From the IMG/VR virus record IMGVR_UViG_3300022661_000070: a DNA stretch of 64,000 nt; one strand, written 5' to 3'. Positions 56,483-64,000 of this stretch are shown one piece after another. The notes under the pieces are model-generated. The model had not been told where the DNA came from, searched no databases, and saw nothing but the letters and a program-made list of their open reading frames with translations. Each line of letters starts with the position of its first letter. The stretch's first letter is position 1. The position numbers and the translations under genes were made by a program. Source of the stretch: a virus.

Positions 56483-58845
56483 GTAAGAAATTTTACTTCT
56501 TCAGGTTCTTCTTGAACTTCTTCTACTGTATTTTCTTCTGGTGGATAGTAAGGGTCCCACTTAGGTTCAATTATTTCTAAAGTATTAGGGTCAAAGTTAA
56601 AGTCTACAGACTGTCCCCATCTATTTCCTAAAGATAGACCAACTTCCATTGGGAACTCCCAGTTAGGTAATTTTATTCTCATTATTTTCATTACTTCTTT
56701 TACAAATGGTCTAATATACTCTTTCTTAATTTGATAATTTATTTCATCGTGGATTGTATTTTTAAATCTAATTATGTCTGTGTATTTCTTATCTTTATAG
56801 AAAGTTTTAAATAGATTTATTAAAACTAATTTTAGAATATCTGCACCAGTTCCTTGAATTATAGTATTTATTACTGTTCTCAATCCAAAGTTTCTAAGTC
56901 CGAACTCATCACTTTCTAACCAGTATTTTACTCTTCTTGGTCTTCCAAAGTAAGTAGAAATAGTTCCCCTCATTTTAGCTTCTTTTTCTTTTATGCTAAC
57001 CCATTGAAATAGTATAGGAAGTCCATTCTTGAAATCTTGTACAAACTTTTCTCCTTCTTCTAAACTCATCTTGAAATCTGCTGCAAAGTTTCTAGCTGTC
57101 ATTCCATATAAGATACCGAAGTTTGCTGATTTAGCTTTCTTTCTTTTAGACTTATCATAATTTTCTGCTCCCCAAATTGCTACTGCAGTTGCTTTATGAA
57201 TATCTTCTCCATTTTTAAAAGCATTAACCCAAGTAGGCTCTTTACTCCATAAGGCAGGTATTCTAATTTCTTCTGCATTAAAGTCTATACTTACCCAATA
57301 AGTTCCAGGGTCTGGTAAAAATGTTGACCTAACATTTAATCTTTGGTCAAATCCTTCACACACTTTTTCTTGCTGACCTTCTATTTCAAATGGACCATCA
57401 CTAAATACCCATCCTAAAATTCTATAAAAATGTCTTAATTCAAACTCTCCTTTAGAGTTTAATACCTCTATATCACACTCTTCTAAAGTTCCAGACCTAT
57501 CTAATGCATCTTTTAATCCTGGAAATCTTTGATAAGCTAATTCTTCTTTTTCTGTAAACCAGTTTTTAACTTTAGGTTTTGGAATGTTTTGAATATTTAA
57601 TCCTGCAAAGAATTGATTTTTCTTATCTCCTCCTGCAGCTAATCTTCCAGAAGGAACTTCTGTAGTTTTATAACTAAATCTTAATCTATCTCTGTGTAAT
57701 GGATTATCACACATTTCTAAAGTATTGTCTACATAACTATTTCTTTGTTTAGATAGAGTTCCATAAGATTGTAAGTCCATTAAAAATTTTCTATTAGGGT
57801 CATCTGGTTTTAGATGAGATATTGCTACATCAATTGCATCACTAGAAGTTGAATCTGCTCCAGATTTAGTTTTTACTCCTGTATAAATGTTCAATCTTTT
57901 TAACATTTCATTCTTATCTTTATTAGAACCTAAGTTCCAAGGAATTATATTTCCCTTTTTATCATATCTATCTGGACTTCCAGCAACATTTCTAACTCTT
58001 TCTTCTACTGCTCTAATCTCTTCATCATAGTATTTTGAATAACTTCTTAACATTTCTGTATCTATTAAAGTAGTTTCATTTTCAAATCTTGTTAGAGGCA
58101 TTAAACATTGGACATCTAATATTCCAGAAGTTTGTGCTTCTTTTAAATAGTTTTGTAATTTGATTAATAATAAATAAGTTCCTAAAGCGTCAGTTGCAGC
58201 ATATTGATAAGCTTCTTCTGGAGTTAAATAGAAAAAGTTTTCTACATCTCCAATAGTTTCTTCAAATGAAGCTCCTCTCCATCCTAAGTAATAAGCTTCA
58301 GACCCTTTCAATGATGGGTATTTTACATTAGTATCTACTAAATAAACTATTGCTTGAACATCTATAATATTACATTTACTCATATCGTATTTATAGAATG
58401 GAATTTTCAATAATCTATTGTAATATTCTTCTCTCTGACTTTCTGGAACTGTTGCATCTATCATTTTAATTGTGTTTACATAATTGTAATATTCCATCAT
58501 TCTAACGTCAAATCGCATATTGAACATTGCTACGCTCTTCGTGTTTACCATTTTGTTATAAATTAAAGTTAAAGACTCTTCTCCTAAGCCACCAGTGCTA
58601 TGTTTTACTGGTACATAATAAGCATTCTTTCCGTCCATACAAAATGAGTAACCAACTAACTCATCTTTTTCAGCATTTAATCCTGTAGTTTCAGTATCGA
58701 ATGAGATTAAATCAGTCTGAAAAGTTAGAATCTGTTTCAATTCTTCAATGCTATTAACTAAAATAAGATTATATGCATATGGGTATTTATCATCTGGTTT
58801 TGCTTCTGGTAACCACGGTATATAATTTGCTCTCTGTTTAGCCAT
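56461..58845 (-). CDS. polA: family A DNA polymerase with 3'-5' exonuclease domain
   Basis: FDTETTGLNA, WVSIDFNAEEIRIPA, RKKAKSANFGILYGM, NTIIQGTGADI, TIHDEINYQ. Confidence 0.97.
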   Translation of the reverse strand: MAKQRANYIPWLPEAKPDDKYPYAYNLILVNSIEELKQILTFQTDLISFDTETTGLNAEKDELVGYSFCMDGKNAYYVPVKHSTGGLGEESLTLIYNKMVNTKSVAMFNMRFDVRMMEYYNYVNTIKMIDATVPESQREEYYNRLLKIPFYKYDMSKCNIIDVQAIVYLVDTNVKYPSLKGSEAYYLGWRGASFEETIGDVENFFYLTPEEAYQYAATDALGTYLLLIKLQNYLKEAQTSGILDVQCLMPLTRFENETTLIDTEMLRSYSKYYDEEIRAVEERVRNVAGSPDRYDKKGNIIPWNLGSNKDKNEMLKRLNIYTGVKTKSGADSTSSDAIDVAISHLKPDDPNRKFLMDLQSYGTLSKQRNSYVDNTLEMCDNPLHRDRLRFSYKTTEVPSGRLAAGGDKKNQFFAGLNIQNIPKPKVKNWFTEKEELAYQRFPGLKDALDRSGTLEECDIEVLNSKGEFELRHFYRILGWVFSDGPFEIEGQQEKVCEGFDQRLNVRSTFLPDPGTYWVSIDFNAEEIRIPALWSKEPTWVNAFKNGEDIHKATAVAIWGAENYDKSKRKKAKSANFGILYGMTARNFAADFKMSLEEGEKFVQDFKNGLPILFQWVSIKEKEAKMRGTISTYFGRPRRVKYWLESDEFGLRNFGLRTVINTIIQGTGADILKLVLINLFKTFYKDKKYTDIIRFKNTIHDEINYQIKKEYIRPFVKEVMKIMRIKLPNWEFPMEVGLSLGNRWGQSVDFNFDPNTLEIIEPKWDPYYPPEENTVEEVQEEPEEVKFLTWEEGAY

Positions 58846-59287
58846 TAGTTTCCTCCCTTTCTAAAATTACTACAAATTGTTCTATTAATTCGTTATAGTT
58901 AATACTATGCCTCTTGAACTTCTTAAGAGGTTCTTCAAATAAATTTGCTCTTTGTTCTAATTCCTGTCCTGCATTTTTTAGAAGTTTAGTTCTTTCATTT
59001 TCAGGAATCTTCTCTAAAATCTTAATTGCTAATTGTTTAGTATCTATTTTAGGCATATATACTTTATAAATATCGTATGCTCCATACATTCTTTGTTCTG
59101 AGAAACACCAAAGTCTCCATCCAGTTTCATCTCCATATAAGTGAGCTGACGGTGTATTCTCATTTTGGTGAAACGGACAGAACATATTTCCTGTCAAACG
59201 ATAGTCAATGCCCAGACTTTCAAATAGTTTAGGCATTGATACATATCTATTTATGATAAATCTTTCAATTTGATTATCTATTTCCAT
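58838..59287 (-). CDS. DnaG-type CHC2 zinc-finger domain protein (separate from TOPRIM part)
   Basis: MFCPFHQNENTPSAHLYGDETGWRLWCFSE. Confidence 0.8.
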   Translation of the reverse strand: MEIDNQIERFIINRYVSMPKLFESLGIDYRLTGNMFCPFHQNENTPSAHLYGDETGWRLWCFSEQRMYGAYDIYKVYMPKIDTKQLAIKILEKIPENERTKLLKNAGQELEQRANLFEEPLKKFKRHSINYNELIEQFVVILEREETNG

Positions 59288-59667
59288 GAACGTTTCATCT
59301 TCCTTCCAGAATCTATCATGTCTCCATCTTGAAGAATTACTGTATTTCTTCTTGCAGCTTTTCTCATCTTCTTTAATAAATCTCTTAAGTCTTTCTTGTT
59401 CTCACAGTAAACTGTTTGAGCATCTGACCAAGCAAATATTTTACCTTCTCCATCATAATAAACTTCTATGAAATCATAGTATGTTTCATCTGACAATACA
59501 TCATGGTCTGCAGTTGTTGCAAACATATCGTGATATACTTTTTTGAAGTGCTCTTTTTCTTCTTCTGTATATGTGACTGTGTGCTCTAAGAATCTGTAAT
59601 TCCACCAGCCACCGCTCATCTTTTTACTTATTCTTTCTGCTTTTTCTATTGTATCATCTAAACTCAT
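59278..59667 (-). CDS. hypothetical protein
   Basis: 129 aa ORF. Confidence 0.55.
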   Translation of the reverse strand: MSLDDTIEKAERISKKMSGGWWNYRFLEHTVTYTEEEKEHFKKVYHDMFATTADHDVLSDETYYDFIEVYYDGEGKIFAWSDAQTVYCENKKDLRDLLKKMRKAARRNTVILQDGDMIDSGRKMKRSWK

Positions 59668-59679
59668 TTTAAATACCTC

Positions 59680-61125
59680 CTATAGTCCTATATCTAGACC
59701 ATTTAAATCTATGTTAGATGGGTTCATTAGACCCTCTATATCTGAATTACTTGTTGCAAATAAATCACCTAAGTTAGCTGTATCAAATGATACATCTGAA
59801 GTTCCACCATTTTCTATGTCTCCGAAAACATAATAGACTGGGTCTACAAATACTTCCATTGCTTCTGCCATTATGTTTCCATCTCTATTTTTTAGTACTT
59901 GAACTTTTGCTGCATTTACTTGACTTAATGCTGCATCTGTATAAACTGATGCAACTACTGATGAAGCTCTTTCTAATTCATTTGCTTCTGCCAAAGCAGT
60001 TAATCTATATTGACCTTGATTTTTTGCTGCTTCTTTCCAACCTTCTCTTGAAGATTGAGATAACATCAACATACAAACTTGTCTTCCTTCACCTATCCAA
60101 TTGATTGCATTTTGTCTAAAGAATGAAATGTAATGATTGATTACTGAAGTTTCGTTTCCTACTGATTTCATATCTTTACTGAACTTTAAAAGTTGAGCAT
60201 GGTCTATAACTACAAAGTCTATCCCTTTACCAGTTTCTGATATAGATAATTTATCTATCTCTCTAAATTTACTTTCTAATGCAAAACATGTATAAGCTTC
60301 TATGTCAGTTTCATCTATTACATACAATTTACCTGGTTGTTTATGTAAATCAGGAATTACTTCTAATGCAAAACATTCATATTGTTTATTGTTTAATTTT
60401 TTCTTCTTTAAATCTTTATGCTCTAAGCTTTCAGAGAACTCTGCATTATAACTATGTCTACTTGCTAAGTCATACCAGATACTTTCGGTTGTTACCTCTA
60501 AAGATAAATAACATACATTCTTTCCTTCTTTTATTGCATTATAAGCCATGTTTAATGCCCAAGTAGTTTTAAATGAACCTGTAAATCCTAAAATAGTATT
60601 TAAAGTTCCAGGTTGTAATCCTCCAGTGTCTTCATCTATTCTCTTAACTCCAGTACTAATTCCAGTTAAATCTTTCTTAGTATTATAGAAATCAACTATG
60701 TTTAATCCTCTATTTTTGTATGGATTTTTAACTACATCTGATTTAGTATACTCAGTTAACTCTGCAATAATACTTTCAGTAATACCCTCAGTTCTTACTT
60801 TACTTGATAAATTTACTAATCTTCCTGCTACATAAGCTTGTTTTCTATTTGATATAAATAAGTTTATGTAATCATTTAATTCAGCTTCCGGAACTGGTTC
60901 TAACTTATCAAAATATAAATCTGGAAATTCTGTCTTAAGTAAATCTATGCTTGGAGTACTTCCTGTCTTGTCTACTAAGTACATATATTTTCTTATATTA
61001 ACTTTTTCACTAATATCTACCTCTTTACAGTTTAGTATATCATTTAATTTTCCTGAATTAGTAGAGTTAAGTGATAAAAATAGTACTTCTAATTTAAAGT
61101 CTGTTTCCATCTTTAAGTCACTCAT
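59680..61125 (-). CDS. DnaB-like replicative helicase
   Basis: STGVKRIDEDTGGLQPGTLNTILGFTGSFKTTWALNMAYNAI, VVIDHAQLL, LMLSQSSREG. Confidence 0.85.
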   Translation of the reverse strand: MSDLKMETDFKLEVLFLSLNSTNSGKLNDILNCKEVDISEKVNIRKYMYLVDKTGSTPSIDLLKTEFPDLYFDKLEPVPEAELNDYINLFISNRKQAYVAGRLVNLSSKVRTEGITESIIAELTEYTKSDVVKNPYKNRGLNIVDFYNTKKDLTGISTGVKRIDEDTGGLQPGTLNTILGFTGSFKTTWALNMAYNAIKEGKNVCYLSLEVTTESIWYDLASRHSYNAEFSESLEHKDLKKKKLNNKQYECFALEVIPDLHKQPGKLYVIDETDIEAYTCFALESKFREIDKLSISETGKGIDFVVIDHAQLLKFSKDMKSVGNETSVINHYISFFRQNAINWIGEGRQVCMLMLSQSSREGWKEAAKNQGQYRLTALAEANELERASSVVASVYTDAALSQVNAAKVQVLKNRDGNIMAEAMEVFVDPVYYVFGDIENGGTSDVSFDTANLGDLFATSNSDIEGLMNPSNIDLNGLDIGL

Positions 61126-61152
61126 AATTTCCTCCTAATAGGTAGTATGTTC

Positions 61153-61380
61153 CTAAGTAGTGCTATTTTTCTTCTTTTTAGTCTTTAGATTACTACCATT
61201 ATCAGAAACATCAGAATGGTTCTCTGATGGCATATTGTACAATAATTGGATTTCTTTATGGTCTTCATCTAAGATTAAATAGAAATTAGAGTCTTTATCT
61301 AACCCTAATTCCTCTCTTATTTCTTTAGGTATTAAAATTCTTCTATTTGAATCAATTTTCTTCTTTATAACGTTTTCCAT
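61153..61380 (-). CDS. AbrB-like DNA-binding protein
   Basis: RRILIPKEIREELGLDKDSNFYLILDEDHKEIQLL. Confidence 0.8.
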   Translation of the reverse strand: MENVIKKKIDSNRRILIPKEIREELGLDKDSNFYLILDEDHKEIQLLYNMPSENHSDVSDNGSNLKTKKKKNSTT

Positions 61381-61747
61381 GAGGTTCTCCTTCTAATAAT
61401 ATTTGTATATCTTTTTCTTCTCTAGATACATCTTCTGCACAGCATTTACATAAAGAGTCTTTATAAACTTCTAGTTCTACTAAAGCTAATACTGCATAAT
61501 TTGCTAAGTCTAATAGAGTGTCTTCTATTTTCTCATCTAGAACTTTACCTTTCATATCTGACCTGGTTAAGCTATAAATTCTATTTAGTTTGTCATACAT
61601 TCTTACTGTAAAAGCATCCATCCCAAATTTATTGTATGTGTCTGAAACAGAGTCTCCATAGTCATTATTCTTTGCCTCATATAATTTCATCATTTTTTCG
61701 CATATGTTTTTGTGTATCTGCACTTTTCTTGATTGCTGATTTGACAT
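61352..61747 (-). CDS. nucleotide-modification-associated domain 1 / DUF1599-like protein
   Basis: CEKMMKLYEAKNNDYGDSVSDTYNKFGMDAFTVRMYDKLNRIYSL...DEKIEDTLLDLANYAVLALVEL. Confidence 0.75.
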   Translation of the reverse strand: MSNQQSRKVQIHKNICEKMMKLYEAKNNDYGDSVSDTYNKFGMDAFTVRMYDKLNRIYSLTRSDMKGKVLDEKIEDTLLDLANYAVLALVELEVYKDSLCKCCAEDVSREEKDIQILLEGEPHGKRYKEEN

Positions 61748-62294
61748 TTATCTTTCCTCCTTTTTTAAATTCTACTTGTAATGTATTTTTTATTTCTGTA
61801 GATACTCCAGGTTGATAATGATTAAATCCATCTAATGTAGTTCCATCAATAAAAATCCAAGTCAACTTTCCAAAGCTATTTCTTTCATTGATTATATCAA
61901 CTAAAACACTGGCTTTCTTATCTCCAAATGAAGTATCATTCTTTCCATGAAGTATTAAAATATCACACGTTCTTATTTCATCTTTTGTATGTAAGCTACT
62001 TCCTTGCATTGATGAGTACCATATATCTAATATCATACTTAAGTTTACTACTCTATACTTAATACTTCTATCAAAGTTCTTAACTATTCCAAAAATAGAT
62101 AGAGTTCTATAAACTTGTATGTCTGATACAAATAAGAATGATTGTTTAAAATTAAAGTTGTCTATTTCTTTTATCTTTGCCATTGTCTTTGATATTCCAC
62201 TTTCCTCTTCTTGTAAGTTATAAAGAAGCGGTTTTAAGAATTGTTGAATTTTGATTTGTTTGATTTCATTTATTCTCTTTTCGTCTAGACCCAT
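61677..62294 (-). CDS. hypothetical; possible degenerate helicase-loader-like protein
   Basis: CDILILHGKND...KKASVLVDIINERNSFGKLTWIFIDGTTLDGF. Confidence 0.45.
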   Translation of the reverse strand: MGLDEKRINEIKQIKIQQFLKPLLYNLQEEESGISKTMAKIKEIDNFNFKQSFLFVSDIQVYRTLSIFGIVKNFDRSIKYRVVNLSMILDIWYSSMQGSSLHTKDEIRTCDILILHGKNDTSFGDKKASVLVDIINERNSFGKLTWIFIDGTTLDGFNHYQPGVSTEIKNTLQVEFKKGGKINVKSAIKKSADTQKHMRKNDEII

Positions 62295-62514
62295 TTAATG
62301 TTCTCTCCAATCTCTTTAAAAGTTTTTTCATTTCCTTAATATCTTTTCTTCTATTCTTATACTTCAGCTTGCGATTAAATATTATGTTATCTGTCATATT
62401 GTCATAAGTCTCAGCTACTTCAACAAATATTTGAGACACATCATCTATTCTGTTATCTATAACATCTCTAATGTAATCTTCTTTATCTGAAAGTATAAAC
62501 GGAACTTTTTTCAT
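62266..62514 (-). CDS. hypothetical protein
   Basis: 82 aa ORF. Confidence 0.5.
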   Translation of the reverse strand: MKKVPFILSDKEDYIRDVIDNRIDDVSQIFVEVAETYDNMTDNIIFNRKLKYKNRRKDIKEMKKLLKRLERTLNGSRRKENK

Positions 62515-62594
62515 TAGCTAACCTCCTACATTAAAATAGTAGCATATTCTTTTGAGTTAATATGCTACTGAATATTACAGTTTGATTACAAAGT

Positions 62595-63056
62595 TTATTT
62601 ATTTTCATTATCTGCAGTTGCTGGGTCTAATAGTAATCCACCATCTAATTTTATTTTTAACTCTTGTCTCTTTTCATAAATTTCTTTGAATGCTGGATTT
62701 AAATCTGCTAGGTTTTTGTATTGTTGTTCTATAGCTAAAGATTTAATTGCTTCTTGCATTTGTCTTTCATATTCTTCTAATTGTTTAGCCATTTGTTTTC
62801 TTTTCTTCTCCTCAGTTAAGTCAATTACTTTAAATACTTCTGGAGTTGTTGCAGATGCATTATACTCTGCATAAAATAAAGATTCATCTAAGTGAACTTT
62901 AACAACTAAACCTAAGCAAGGTCCCATCATATTTTCAATATAAACCATGTCCTCCTCTTCTACTGCAATTGTTTCTGGCACTCTGTAAAAATAAGTGTCA
63001 CTTTTGCTAAAATCTTCTGTGTACTTTCTTTTAAAAGCTAATTCTACAATTTTCAT
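62595..63056 (-). CDS. hypothetical protein
   Basis: 153 aa ORF. Confidence 0.6.
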   Translation of the reverse strand: MKIVELAFKRKYTEDFSKSDTYFYRVPETIAVEEEDMVYIENMMGPCLGLVVKVHLDESLFYAEYNASATTPEVFKVIDLTEEKKRKQMAKQLEEYERQMQEAIKSLAIEQQYKNLADLNPAFKEIYEKRQELKIKLDGGLLLDPATADNENK

Positions 63057-63128
63057 TTATTAGTCCTCCTATAATTTAAAATACTAGATGTTTCCATCTA
63101 GTATATATTATGCTTCGTTTTTAGAACG

Positions 63129-64000
63129 TTATAGAATTATTTCTTGAGCTTCAACTATGTCTGTAGAAAATCCAGCTGCACCAGGATGTCCTCCACCACC
63201 GAAAGTTGCTGCTATAGCTCCACAGTCTACATCAGATTTATTAGAGTACATGCTAAATGTTACATTATCTCCATTATAACAGAAGTTCATGCAAATTTCA
63301 TGATTGTCTAATTCTGGTCCGAAGAAATCTGAATTAGCATTACCTAAGTTCATTAAGTAGACTGAGTAAGCTCTTCCATCTCCAAAGTCTATTTGTTTAG
63401 AAAAGCCATATCTCTTTCTAAAAGATGCTGACCACTGGTCTCTAAATTCTAAGTAGCTCTTTCCAGTTTCTATCTTTTCTTGTAATATTCCAGCAAAATT
63501 ATTATCTAATTGGTAGAATAAATCTAAACTTAATTCATTAGCTATTGCGGTTTGAAGTGGCTTAGTATCTTTATACTCATGTCTCCATACATCCCAGTCA
63601 TTGATTAGAATTAACCACCTTGGAGCTTTTTCTATAAAGTAATAATGTAATGTTTCTAATACTTTTTCTTCTCCATTACAAGTATCTCTTAATTCTGTAA
63701 CTGTAGTGTTATTCCATTGACAGAATAAGTATAAATATGTAAGAGCTGCTCCGCACATTCCTTCTATTCTTATTCCAGGTATTTCATCTACTCCTGTAGC
63801 TTCTTCTATTAAATCTGCCCAGTCATCATATTTTCTAATTGCAGTTCTATGATGGTCTAACCAAACTACTCTCTTAGTTTTCTTTAATAATTCTATCATC
63901 TTTTCTGGTTGTAACGAATAGTCTACTATATAAACTATATCATCAGTTTCTACTTCTTTTAGAACTTTATCAGCCTCTTCCTCTTTATAGCTCATTATAT
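63129..64000 (-). CDS. DHH-family phosphoesterase, N-terminus beyond window
   Basis: VVWLDHHRTA and DHHA1-like TFGGGGHPGAAGFS; the N-terminal DxDG motif is missing, so the track start at 63995 is probably internal. Confidence 0.85.
   Translation of the reverse strand, partial: IMSYKEEEADKVLKEVETDDIVYIVDYSLQPEKMIELLKKTKRVVWLDHHRTAIRKYDDWADLIEEATGVDEIPGIRIEGMCGAALTYLYLFCQWNNTTVTELRDTCNGEEKVLETLHYYFIEKAPRWLILINDWDVWRHEYKDTKPLQTAIANELSLDLFYQLDNNFAGILQEKIETGKSYLEFRDQWSASFRKRYGFSKQIDFGDGRAYSVYLMNLGNANSDFFGPELDNHEICMNFCYNGDNVTFSMYSNKSDVDCGAIAATFGGGGHPGAAGFSTDIVEAQEIIL

Noticed and set aside
1816-63995. Plus-strand ORFs in the track (e.g. 2949..3281, 13028..13252, 42604..42804, 59787..60104)
   Set aside because: They lie antisense to well-supported minus-strand genes, are low-complexity or Leu/Ser-rich, and lack ribosome-binding sites

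Overview
This 64 kb window is one contiguous piece of a large, AT-rich, lytic-type bacteriophage genome. Essentially every credible gene is on the minus strand; the plus-strand ORFs in the track are antisense shadows.

Contents:
- Head/packaging block: portal and large terminase.
- tRNA / structured-RNA cluster.
- Nucleotide metabolism and base modification: dUTPase, a glycosyltransferase fused to a ThyA/dCMP-hydroxymethylase-like domain, dNMP kinase, dCMP deaminase, ThyX, SHMT, a C5-methyltransferase homologue and a DUF1599-like protein.
- Replication and recombination: clamp loader, probable clamp, DnaG pieces, PolA-type polymerase, DnaB-like helicase, FEN exonuclease, Mre11/SbcD-like and split SbcC-like proteins, RecA, RuvC-like nuclease, DNA ligase and SF2 helicase.
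- GroEL-like protein, possible GroES-like protein, and sigma-like factors.

Most striking observation: seven ORFs on the minus strand run into an in-frame CGG codon. At each one, skipping a single nucleotide (C|GGN, read as Gly) leads into an open frame. At four loci (five sites) this restores a recognisable protein: portal, terminase (twice), Mre11-like phosphoesterase and a sigma-70-like factor. At a sixth site it adds 53 codons. In my manual scan, all of the dozens of other CGG trinucleotides inside minus-strand genes are out of frame and are read through normally. I found no in-frame CGG used as an ordinary Arg codon. This suggests CGG acts as a genome-wide +1 frameshift signal or CGGN quadruplet in this phage/host. 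All calls are from reading the sequence; no database or folding software was run.
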